Shown: positions 13,878 to 21,450 of the stretch, in pieces
Layout: each line of letters opens with the position of its first letter
Position numbering within the stretch: position 1 is the stretch's first letter
NCBI GenBank assembly: GCA_049511795.1
Contig: JBEKXS010000003.1
Location: 1-24,296 of the forward strand
Length of the DNA stretch: 24,296 nt
Direction: 5' to 3'
DNA from: Candidatus Saccharimonadota bacterium
Lineage (GTDB): Archaea > Nanobdellota > Nanobdellia > Pacearchaeales > GW2011-AR1
Program-made: the position numbers and the translations under genes
The notes under the pieces: model-generated
Seen by the model: only the letters and a program-made list of their open reading frames with translations
Told to the model about the DNA's origin: nothing
Databases searched by the model: none

Positions 13878-14125
13878 ACAATAAGGCACAGGGTTTATTT
13901 ATGGGATTGGTCTTCGCAGTAGTAATCTGGATAGCTGGAATCCTCTTTCTTCCAATAGTAATAAGTCTTGTTGATACAGGAAGAACAGGGCTTCAATGTT
14001 CTTTAGGTTCAATAACAGATGGAACTAAATTAATGTGCTTGATGATGGACGGAGCTATTCCTTACTTGATTTGGACAATTATAAGTCTTTCAATAGGATT
14101 AATAATAGAGGGAAGATTAAGATGA
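13874..14125 (+). CDS. Two-TM membrane protein with a Cys pair in the loop (83 aa), paralog B
   Basis: MNNK start; same TM-loop(C...C)-TM layout; ATGA overlaps. Confidence 0.65.
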   Translation: MNNKAQGLFMGLVFAVVIWIAGILFLPIVISLVDTGRTGLQCSLGSITDGTKLMCLMMDGAIPYLIWTIISLSIGLIIEGRLR

Positions 14126-16446
14126 AGAAAATAATGTTTGCTTTAGTGTTTGTAATCATTCTACTTAGCATGGTTTCTGCATATACTATGGAATCAAGTT
14201 TGACAAACTGGACTAACTTTACTACTCAATCATCAACTTCACAAAGTTTTTCAGGAGTTCAATTCACAGTTATAGGTTCAGGCATTTCTTTTAATACAGT
14301 AAATGTTTCCTCAATTAATAATGCTACTTCTGCTTATTTGGTTAATGCAAGTTCAAGTGTTGTTTTGAATAGTGCTTATAACAGAACAGGCAATCTTTTT
14401 GTTTTCCCTAAAAATATAAATTTAAACACTTCTGCTTCATACTGGATCCAGTTTGATGCCAATGGTTCAAACTTTAATTATGCAACGGAACCAGTTGCAG
14501 GAAGTTTTTATCCAGTTCTTAGTAATGGAATAAATTATACAGGAAGAAACACAGATAACAACCCAACAATTCTTAATGGACTTTTTAGCATAGGGAATCT
14601 TACCAATCCTATTTTAGCTGGAGCAATTAGTGTAGCTCTTAATTCTCCTGAAGACAATACACAAACAAATCTTAACTTAACATCTTTCAATGCAACAGAA
14701 ACACCAAGCACATTTAGTCTTGTCAATGCAACCCTTTACACTTGGTTCAATAATGGAACTTTGTTTAATACTTCTACACAAACAATAACAGGAAGTGTGG
14801 CAAATGCGACAAATTGGAGTTTAAACCTGCCAATATATAATAATTATCTTTGGAATGTATTGGGAGTTCAGGGAAATGCAAACGGAACAAACAGTTCTTA
14901 TGCTCTTAACAATAACACTTTAGTTTTTACTCCTTTGATTACACAGGGAATAACATTCAATCCATTCACTTACGAAACAGCGAGTGAAACATTTTATGCA
15001 AATATATCTTCAATATCTATTCCAACAAATGCCTTTTTAATCTACAATTCAAGCACATATCCAGCAAGTATAATAAACATAGCAGGAAATTATTATAATC
15101 TTTCCTCAACAATAGACATTCAACCAGGAGTTACAAATAATACTTTCTATTTCAATACAAGCATAAGAGGATTTACAACAACAACAAATTCATCATCTCA
15201 GGGAGTCTATAATGCTTCTTTATTAATGACAAGCAGTGCAGCATGTAATTCAGGATGGCTTCCTTATCTTAATCTGACATTCCAGGATGAAATCAATTCA
15301 ACCATGCTGAATGGAACAATGGGAACTGCAAATGTTACTTATTGGCTTGGAACAGGAACACAGACTAAAAATCTATTAACTTCAAACTCGTCAGGAAACC
15401 AATTCTATCAGCTTTGCTTTGCTCCACAAAATAGGACAATAATCACAAATTATAATTTTGAATATGGAGCAACTGGCTATCCTGGAAGAAATATCGTATC
15501 AACTAATGTTCCCTTGACAAGCTCAATAACAAATAATGTTCTTTATCTTCTTCAGCAAAGCCAAGGGCAGATAGTTACATTCCAAATGGTCAATTCTGCA
15601 ACCCAACCTATTTCAGGAGTTTATGGAACAGCATCAAGGGTAATAAATGGAGTTTCAACAGTTATAGGTTCAGGCATTTCAGGAAATGATGGTGGAATTG
15701 CTTTCTTTTTGAATCCCTTGTCTCAATATTCTTTCTCTTTCTCTTTAGCAGGATATACTACATTTACGGAAACAATATTCCCAACACAGTCAGGATATAC
15801 AGTAACATTAAGCTCTACAGCAGGTGGAGGAGCAAATGATTATACAAGGGGAATAACACAGACAATCCAACCTACAATAGGGGAATTGACAAATGGAACT
15901 TATTATCTTTTCAACTATTCTGTAGGAAGCACTTATTGGACTCTGCAAAATTTCAGTTTCAGTCTATATAGAAATAATGGAACTTTGATAGGAACACAGT
16001 CTTCTACTACTCCTGGAACTCTCACTTTGAATGCTTCCACATCTAATTATACAAGTCTGACAATGTATTATTATTATGGAATCAATGGAACAATAACTAA
16101 TTCTTCTGTTACTTGGATTATTTCCAATCCTGGAAGCTATGGAATCTTGACATTATTTACTGATTTCAAGAATTATTTGATTGGAGGATTGTTTGGAGCA
16201 AATGCCTTCGCAGTTGCTTTAATTATTTACTTGGTAATCTTCATTTCAACAGGTTTAATCGCCTGGAAGGTAGGATACACAGCTCCAGGAACAGTTATAG
16301 CAGTCTTTACAGGGTTAGTCATCATATTTGATGTGGCCTTAGGATTTGATAGTGTAATGAATCCAGCAAATGCAGTTCCTTACTTCCCAAGCATATTCAT
16401 GTTAATCTTAGCTATAGCAGGGATACTAAGAGATAATCAAAGATGA
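14122..16446 (+). CDS. Large (774 aa) sequon-rich envelope/adhesion protein candidate with signal peptide and C-terminal multi-TM anchor
   Basis: I prefer ATG 14122 (MKKIMFALVFVIILLSMVSA) over track start 14035, with an ATGA overlap. Has dozens of N-x-S/T sequons and hydrophobic helices in the last ~110 aa. Confidence 0.75.
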   Translation: MKKIMFALVFVIILLSMVSAYTMESSLTNWTNFTTQSSTSQSFSGVQFTVIGSGISFNTVNVSSINNATSAYLVNASSSVVLNSAYNRTGNLFVFPKNINLNTSASYWIQFDANGSNFNYATEPVAGSFYPVLSNGINYTGRNTDNNPTILNGLFSIGNLTNPILAGAISVALNSPEDNTQTNLNLTSFNATETPSTFSLVNATLYTWFNNGTLFNTSTQTITGSVANATNWSLNLPIYNNYLWNVLGVQGNANGTNSSYALNNNTLVFTPLITQGITFNPFTYETASETFYANISSISIPTNAFLIYNSSTYPASIINIAGNYYNLSSTIDIQPGVTNNTFYFNTSIRGFTTTTNSSSQGVYNASLLMTSSAACNSGWLPYLNLTFQDEINSTMLNGTMGTANVTYWLGTGTQTKNLLTSNSSGNQFYQLCFAPQNRTIITNYNFEYGATGYPGRNIVSTNVPLTSSITNNVLYLLQQSQGQIVTFQMVNSATQPISGVYGTASRVINGVSTVIGSGISGNDGGIAFFLNPLSQYSFSFSLAGYTTFTETIFPTQSGYTVTLSSTAGGGANDYTRGITQTIQPTIGELTNGTYYLFNYSVGSTYWTLQNFSFSLYRNNGTLIGTQSSTTPGTLTLNASTSNYTSLTMYYYYGINGTITNSSVTWIISNPGSYGILTLFTDFKNYLIGGLFGANAFAVALIIYLVIFISTGLIAWKVGYTAPGTVIAVFTGLVIIFDVALGFDSVMNPANAVPYFPSIFMLILAIAGILRDNQR

Positions 16447-16874
16447 AGATAGTCTGGAATTACATATTTATTCTGACAGGAACAGCAATCTTGCTTCAGT
16501 TAGCAGGAATACAGATAGGTGGATTGACTCAATTATTCAATCTTATAGGTATAACATTCAATCAGTCAGCAATTAAGTCAATCAGTTCAAATCCAAGTTT
16601 CTGGAATGCAATCTTTGGTTCAGGAATAGGAATATTAATAGGTGTAGGAATAGGAGTCATAATAGGATTCTTCACAAGAGCAACTCCTGAAAACTTTATT
16701 ATACTTCCATTCATAACAGGAACTTTAACAATTTATGTTTCAGCAATATACTCAATAATAACATACAGCACTTCTTTCGGATGGGTAGGAGTTGTAATAG
16801 CTGCGATACTTCTTCCTTATGCTATCAGCTTGATTGCTGCTTTGGTAGATTATTTTCGCGGTGGAGATTTTTGA
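16443..16874 (+). CDS. Polytopic membrane protein (143 aa)
   Basis: ORF track; four hydrophobic segments; ATGA overlap. Confidence 0.65.
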   Translation: MKIVWNYIFILTGTAILLQLAGIQIGGLTQLFNLIGITFNQSAIKSISSNPSFWNAIFGSGIGILIGVGIGVIIGFFTRATPENFIILPFITGTLTIYVSAIYSIITYSTSFGWVGVVIAAILLPYAISLIAALVDYFRGGDF

Positions 16875-16877
16875 AAA

Positions 16878-17591
16878 ATGGAACAAAAAAAGAAAATAAT
16901 ATCTGAAGAAACGAGAAAAAAGATTAGCGAAGCCCTTAAAGGAAAAAAGTATCCAAGAGAATTGTATCCAAATCGTTCTACAACAGGAAAGAAATATAAA
17001 TGGAAAGTAAAAGATTTTATTCCTAAAAATTTAAATGTATTCATAGAAAGTGGAAAGAATACAAGATTCAATAAAAATATTATTCCTTGGAATAAAGGAT
17101 TAACAAAAGAAACAGATGAAAGAGTGAAAAAATATAGTGAAAATTTAAAAGAAATAGCTAAAACAGGAATATTTATTCCAAATTCTCCATTCACTAAAGG
17201 GCATAAGTCTTATACTCCAGAACATCTTTCTGAAGAACAGAAGAGAAAGATAGGAATTAAGAATAAAGAACATAGAAAATATCAGGTATTTCCTATTAAG
17301 GACACTTCAATAGAACTAAAAATACAATCATTCCTTAAGCAGTTAGGCATAGAATACATTGCTCATGGATATATGCACATTGAACATGGTTATCAATGCG
17401 ACATTCTTATCCCTTCAACTAAAACAATAATAGAATGTGATGGAAACTACTGGCACAAATATCCTAATGGAACAGAGATAGACCATATTAGGACAAAAGA
17501 ATTAATAGAAAAAGGTTATAGAGTAATAAGATTATGGGAGCATGAGATTAAGAAAATGGACTTAAATCAATTTCAGGGGAAAATTTTATGA
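16878..17591 (+). CDS. Homing-endonuclease-like protein: NUMOD3-type DNA-binding repeats plus a Vsr/DUF559-like PD-(D/E)xK nuclease domain (237 aa)
   Basis: SEETRKKISEALKGKK, WNKGLTKETDERVKK and SEEQKRKIGIKNKEH are NUMOD3-like. C-terminal YQCDILIPSTKTIIECDGNYWHKYP...DHIRTKELIEKGYRVIRLWEHEI fits a Vsr/DUF559 pattern. Confidence 0.7.
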   Translation: MEQKKKIISEETRKKISEALKGKKYPRELYPNRSTTGKKYKWKVKDFIPKNLNVFIESGKNTRFNKNIIPWNKGLTKETDERVKKYSENLKEIAKTGIFIPNSPFTKGHKSYTPEHLSEEQKRKIGIKNKEHRKYQVFPIKDTSIELKIQSFLKQLGIEYIAHGYMHIEHGYQCDILIPSTKTIIECDGNYWHKYPNGTEIDHIRTKELIEKGYRVIRLWEHEIKKMDLNQFQGKIL

Positions 17592-17854
17592 GTATCACAT
17601 ACATAAACCCACTTAATTTATACACAATCTTCGTAACCTACTTAGCAGGAAACCTGACTGTCTTTATTTTCTTGGCAATGATAGGAATAAGTCTATTAGC
17701 AGGAAGATTCAGGATGCCTGACAGGGTATTCATGAGTTTAATCGCTTTGTTTGGAATAATAATGAGTCAGTATCTTGGTGGCTTGTATGCCTTAATGATA
17801 GTAGTAGCAGGACTTGTAATATATTATCAACTCGCAAAGGAGGTAAAATACTAA
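17588..17854 (+). CDS. Membrane protein (88 aa, three hydrophobic segments)
   Basis: ORF track; ATGA overlap. Confidence 0.6.
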   Translation: MSITYINPLNLYTIFVTYLAGNLTVFIFLAMIGISLLAGRFRMPDRVFMSLIALFGIIMSQYLGGLYALMIVVAGLVIYYQLAKEVKY

Positions 17855-18231
17855 TGGGAATCAGTGAATTTTTATCCAGTTGGAGAGAGAAACGAGCAGA
17901 AAGAAAGGAATATGAGAAGCAGCTTGAAGACCATCAACATGCAGAAAAGCATCTTGAACAGAAAAAGAAGACTCCCATGGAAAGGGAACTGGAGAAATAC
18001 AAGGAACAGGACAGGCAGAAGCAGATTACAGATGAGGTATTAAAGAGAAGAAGAGAAAAGAAGTATGAGATAGAGATGAGAAACACTCCCATAAACATAA
18101 AGCCGATTTTCAGGGATGAGAAGAACAGGAATCTCTTTAATTCAGAAAATGTATTCACAAAGAAACTTCCAAGACCTAAGATAAATCCATTCAAGGGAAA
18201 AAACATATTCATTGAAAGGAGGAAAAAATAA
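17854..18231 (+). CDS. Highly charged Lys/Glu/Arg-rich protein (125 aa)
   Basis: ORF track; TAATG overlap; SD AAAGGAGG upstream. Confidence 0.6.
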   Translation: MGISEFLSSWREKRAERKEYEKQLEDHQHAEKHLEQKKKTPMERELEKYKEQDRQKQITDEVLKRRREKKYEIEMRNTPINIKPIFRDEKNRNLFNSENVFTKKLPRPKINPFKGKNIFIERRKK

Positions 18232-18232
18232 C

Positions 18233-18433
18233 ATGGGAATATTAGACACAATTCCAGCACTTCAATCTACTGCTTTAGTAGCTAAAAATGTAAAGGAAGT
18301 AAAAACGGAAATTAAGCCATCAAAGAAACCGCAAAAGTCAAACTTTGTAAAAAGTGCAGTAAGGAATATAGTTGGAGTAAATCTTATAGGAGCAACTGCT
18401 AATGCAATAAAATCAGCAAATTTGAATGTATAA
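18233..18433 (+). CDS. Hypothetical 66-aa basic protein
   Basis: I prefer ATG 18233 (AAAGGAGG about 10 nt upstream) over TTG 18212. Confidence 0.55.
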   Translation: MGILDTIPALQSTALVAKNVKEVKTEIKPSKKPQKSNFVKSAVRNIVGVNLIGATANAIKSANLNV

Positions 18434-18434
18434 A

Positions 18435-18593
18435 ATGACGAAAGAAAACAAATTTATCAAAGGATACGGAAAAGCAATAGGAAAAATAAATATTTCAACT
18501 CCAAAATATAAAGAGACAAAGAAGTCAGGTGGAAATTTCCTACTTCAATACTCCAAAGGAATCAATACTAAACTGCAGAAGAGGGTAAGATGA
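18435..18593 (+). CDS. Hypothetical 52-aa basic protein
   Basis: Manual translation gives MTKENKFIKGYGKAIGKINISTPKYKETKKSGGNFLLQYSKGINTKLQKRVR*. Confidence 0.4.
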   Translation: MTKENKFIKGYGKAIGKINISTPKYKETKKSGGNFLLQYSKGINTKLQKRVR

Positions 18594-18606
18594 AAGGAGG
18601 TGTAAA

Positions 18607-18825
18607 ATGAGCAAATACTGGATACAGAAGGCATTAGCCAAGCACGAGAAGGGAGCTTTGCACAGGGAGTTGGGAATACCAAAAGGCAAGATAATTCCAA
18701 ATAAGGAGCTGAAAAAGATAGAACATGCTCCTTTGGGAACAAGAGTAGAAGGGCATAAGGTTACACATCTCCTGAAAGAAAGGGCAACATTGGCAGAGAC
18801 ATTGAGGAAGTTCCACAAGAAATAG
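18607..18825 (+). CDS. Hypothetical 72-aa basic protein
   Basis: ORF track; SD AGGAGGTG upstream. Confidence 0.6.
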   Translation: MSKYWIQKALAKHEKGALHRELGIPKGKIIPNKELKKIEHAPLGTRVEGHKVTHLLKERATLAETLRKFHKK

Positions 18826-18838
18826 AGGAGGTATAATA

Positions 18839-18886
18839 ATGGCAAAAAAGGGAAAGAGAAGCAAAAAGAAGATAGTAACTTTGTAG
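18839..18886 (+). CDS. 15-aa very basic peptide (MAKKGKRSKKKIVTL), tentative
   Basis: Strong SD AGAGGAGG lies 8 nt upstream. Too short to support otherwise. Confidence 0.2.
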   Translation: MAKKGKRSKKKIVTL

Positions 18887-18939
18887 TGGCTACATCCATA
18901 ATATTTAAATAGTTGTAGTGCCTAATTAAATTGGTCTTC

Positions 18940-18959
18940 AGCTGGGTTAAATCCCAGCT
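18940..18959 (+). terminator. 7-bp stem / 6-nt loop hairpin (AGCTGGG TTAAAT CCCAGCT) followed by a T-rich tract, at the end of the long + strand operon
   Basis: Perfect inverted repeat read directly. It lies in the largest non-coding stretch (18887-19063). Confidence 0.35.
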
Positions 18960-19063
18960 CTCATACTCATTTTCTTAGTTACCACTTGATAGTTAATAGT
19001 GTTCACTAAGCTAACCTTCATGCACACAGAAAAGCTTAAATAGTTACTTACTTACTATATTTC

Positions 19064-19204
19064 ATGAAGACCATAAACGAAACATTCACGGATGATGAAT
19101 TTAATTCTCTGTTGAAATTGAAGAAGGATTTGTCTTGGCATGATTTTATTCTATCATTAATTCAAGAACAAAATGGAAGACCAAAAACTAATAAAAATAA
19201 TTGA
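19064..19204 (+). CDS. 46-aa ribbon-helix-helix-like protein candidate
   Basis: Manual translation gives MKTINETFTDDEFNSLLKLKKDLSWHDFILSLIQEQNGRPKTNKNN. The beta-strand, helix, helix pattern is typical of Arc/CopG-type regulators. It is the first ORF after the non-coding region. Confidence 0.35.
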   Translation: MKTINETFTDDEFNSLLKLKKDLSWHDFILSLIQEQNGRPKTNKNN

Positions 19205-19547
19205 ACAGCTGAAAGAAGTAAGAACACAGACAAAAAGCAAAGTCCCAGATGAAACATTGTTTGATGCAGCAGTAAGAATTTATAACTCAGAAGAAATTGA
19301 GAATCATAGGCAGGGGAATAAAACTTTTTCACCAAAGGTTGCTTACCCAAAAATCCATACTGTTTTTTCGGATTCCCCTGCTACTTCTGCTCCAATAAAA
19401 GAAAATATAGACTTAGCAACTCCAAACCAATTATCTGCCTTGAAGAAGATGGGCTATGACAAGGATACTTCTAAATTAACCAAATATCAGGCATGGGTTT
19501 TAATAAAGGGAGGCAAGAAATCATGGAAGACAATGGCATCTTCGTAG
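19173..19547 (+). CDS. Hypothetical 124-aa protein
   Basis: ORF track. Confidence 0.55.
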   Translation: MEDQKLIKIIEQLKEVRTQTKSKVPDETLFDAAVRIYNSEEIENHRQGNKTFSPKVAYPKIHTVFSDSPATSAPIKENIDLATPNQLSALKKMGYDKDTSKLTKYQAWVLIKGGKKSWKTMASS

Positions 19548-19609
19548 AATCACAAGAAGAGTTAGAGAAGATAAGCTGGAATTTGTTGTTAAGGAGGGAG
19601 GAAGAATGA
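19523..19609 (+). CDS. 28-aa acidic peptide, tentative
   Basis: SD AAAGGGAGG lies about 10 nt upstream. Its stop makes an ATGA overlap with the ATG at 19606. Confidence 0.25.
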   Translation: MEDNGIFVESQEELEKISWNLLLRREEE

Positions 19610-19884
19610 GAGTTGAAAAAGTATTAAGTTGGATAGGAATATACAAAGAACAAGGTAAATGGAATATAGATTTTAGACAAGTTTATTCAATAATTGGAAT
19701 ACTTTTTTTAATTGGATTAGGTTCTGATGCTTATTTATCTCAACCTATTTTCTGGGATAATTGGGGAATAACAAGTCCTTACATTACAAAGTTTATGATT
19801 ATCTTTATGTTTTTTATAGTTGGTTATTACATTTGGGGATATTTAAGATTATTAAATAGAGTAAATAAATTGGAGAAAAAATGA
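19606..19884 (+). CDS. Membrane protein (92 aa)
   Basis: ORF track; SD AAGGAGGGAGG upstream; two hydrophobic helices. Confidence 0.6.
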   Translation: MRVEKVLSWIGIYKEQGKWNIDFRQVYSIIGILFLIGLGSDAYLSQPIFWDNWGITSPYITKFMIIFMFFIVGYYIWGYLRLLNRVNKLEKK

Positions 19885-20213
19885 CAACCTATGAAGCAGT
19901 AGAAGAAGTATTGGAAGAGAACGAAAAGGCCAGAGATGACGATTTTCTCCTATGTGTTCATGTTTATCTCAAGCTCGGCTTCGCCCACAGAATCCCATTA
20001 GGCATAGTCATTCATTATGACAAGATAGAGTTTGCCCCTGCCTTTGAAACTATTACAAGATGCAGAAGACTGATACAAAATAGAGAGAAACGATTAAGAG
20101 CAACACCTGAAACAGAATTAAGAAGACTAAACAGGGAGATTGAACTGCATACATACTTCTCAAGCAAATCAACTAAATTAGATAGCTTTCCAGGAAGCTG
20201 GATGTTAGGATGA
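19881..20213 (+). CDS. Hypothetical 110-aa protein; its C-terminal 33 codons are duplicated at 21350-21450
   Basis: ORF track; ATGA overlaps; internal motif ITRCRRLIQNREKRLRATPE. Confidence 0.6.
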   Translation: MTTYEAVEEVLEENEKARDDDFLLCVHVYLKLGFAHRIPLGIVIHYDKIEFAPAFETITRCRRLIQNREKRLRATPETELRRLNREIELHTYFSSKSTKLDSFPGSWMLG

Positions 20214-20353
20214 CAGCACAAAAAGCTAAAGATACAGAATCGTTTTTTAGAGAAATACAATTAAGAGGAATGATAGCAAAGCAAAGTCCTTTTTATTGGA
20301 TAAGATATAAGATTTATAGGATAAAAGAATATCTATATTATTATTTAACATGA
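20210..20353 (+). CDS. Hypothetical 47-aa protein
   Basis: Manual; ATGA overlaps at both ends. Confidence 0.35.
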   Translation: MTAQKAKDTESFFREIQLRGMIAKQSPFYWIRYKIYRIKEYLYYYLT

Positions 20354-20425
20354 CACAAAAACAAACAAAACAAACAGAGGAGAGCAAAGAATGAAAACTA
20401 AAAAAGAAATACTAAAGATGACTGA
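20354..20425 (+). repeat. 72-nt perfect repeat, copy 1 (identical to 21585-21656), spanning a leader mini-ORF, the RBS and the first 11 codons of the downstream gene
   Basis: Base-by-base identity checked: CACAAAAACAAACAAAACAAACAGAGGAGAGCAAAGAATGAAAACTAAAAAAGAAATACTAAAGATGACTGA. Confidence 0.9.
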
Positions 20426-20591
20426 CTGGATGGATCTTGAAGGATACTGCAACAAGTCATATTACACTGCATTGAGCTACACGAAGAATTCAATATTCAT
20501 TCACATTGGGCCTTATGCCGCAAAAAAGATGGATGTGCTGCCTAAAGTAAGGGAAATAATCACAATCGCAAAGGAGGTGCAATACAAATGA
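20391..20591 (+). CDS. Hypothetical 66-aa protein (MKTKKEILKMT leader)
   Basis: ORF track. The first 11 codons are identical to those of 21622..21858. Confidence 0.55.
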   Translation: MKTKKEILKMTDWMDLEGYCNKSYYTALSYTKNSIFIHIGPYAAKKMDVLPKVREIITIAKEVQYK

Positions 20592-20947
20592 ACAAAAAAG
20601 GATCTATTCTTAGCAAATTTATTGTTACAGTTCTGATTCTTCTTGCTTTGGCTATTCTTATCTTTGGTATTCCATACAAGACAGTTGTCAATGGAACGCA
20701 TACAGGAATAATCACTGCAGTTGAAACAACAGGAATTTTCTTCAAGACAGTGACTGTTTATGTTAAGACATCTGCCTTCTCTTCTCAGGAAGACCAATAT
20801 TGCCTGAAAAATCAATCATTGATTCCAATGCTGCAGCAATATGAGACTTCTGCTGAGAATGTCACAGTAACTTTTGACAGCTATCTTTGGAATGGATATT
20901 TACATTGCGGAGACGAGTCGGCAGTTGTAACAGGAGTGTTGAAATAA
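20588..20947 (+). CDS. N-terminally anchored protein (119 aa)
   Basis: ORF track; SD AAGGAGGTG upstream; TM helix FIVTVLILLALAILIFGI. Confidence 0.6.
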   Translation: MNKKGSILSKFIVTVLILLALAILIFGIPYKTVVNGTHTGIITAVETTGIFFKTVTVYVKTSAFSSQEDQYCLKNQSLIPMLQQYETSAENVTVTFDSYLWNGYLHCGDESAVVTGVLK

Positions 20948-20948
20948 A

Positions 20949-21374
20949 ATGCCAGAAGGAATAAAGATACGCGCTGTATCTAAGAAAGCTAAAAGGAAAA
21001 AGAAAAGATTAGTTAGACTAACCCTATTTTTGAGAAGATGGATGCCTCCTTTACATATGATTGAGCCATTTATGCTAATCCTTGCATTTGTAATTGTCAC
21101 ACCAACTCTTTTAGGAACTCCCTTTGCATGGCTCTTTGCTTTATGCGCCTTTGAAGTTGCAATGAGGGTTGTAACAAGTGATCTTGAAGAAATATTCAAA
21201 GATGAAATAAAAACAGAAGATATGATTGAAGAAAATAATATCCAAATCTCTCACCTGCAAAGCGATATAAAAAGATTGAGAAGAAAGATGAAAAGGCAGA
21301 AGAAGCTCAACAAACAATTAGAAAAACTGAAAGGAGGCTTCTCCAGAGGCAGAATTAAGAAGATTAAATCATGA
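20949..21374 (+). CDS. Basic N-terminus, TM and coiled-coil protein (141 aa)
   Basis: ORF track; hydrophobic central part; K/R/E-rich heptad-like C-terminus. Confidence 0.55.
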   Translation: MPEGIKIRAVSKKAKRKKKRLVRLTLFLRRWMPPLHMIEPFMLILAFVIVTPTLLGTPFAWLFALCAFEVAMRVVTSDLEEIFKDEIKTEDMIEENNIQISHLQSDIKRLRRKMKRQKKLNKQLEKLKGGFSRGRIKKIKS

Positions 21375-21450
21375 GGTTGAATTGCACACATATTTCTCAA
21401 GTAAATCTGCTCGGATAGACACATTTCCGAATAGCTGGATGAGTCCATGA
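21331..21450 (+). pseudogene. Start-less C-terminal fragment homologous to the end of 19881..20213 (KEASPEAELRRLNHEVELHTYFSSKSARIDTFPNSWMSP*)
   Basis: Ungapped alignment of 21350-21450 with 20113-20213. The frame opens after TGA at 21328-21330 and has no start codon. It is +1 relative to the overlapping ORF 20949..21374. Confidence 0.55.

Noticed and set aside
14035-14121. Upstream extension of the 774-aa ORF (track start 14035)
   Set aside because: It overlaps the previous gene. ATG 14122 gives a canonical signal peptide and an ATGA junction.
16850-17194. 114-aa minus-strand ORF, and similar minus-strand ORFs at 17934-18260, 18540-18899 and 20513-21199
   Set aside because: All are antisense to SD-preceded + strand genes. 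They are Phe/Leu/Ser-rich, as expected from reverse-complemented Lys/Glu-rich coding sequence.
18936-18965. tRNA T-arm-like sequence GCTGGGTTAAATCCCAGC as a possible tRNA gene or tRNA-derived att core
   Set aside because: It folds as a 6-7-bp stem with a 6-nt loop, not the 5-bp stem and 7-nt loop of a T-arm. No acceptor, D or anticodon arms can be built from the flanking AT-rich sequence.
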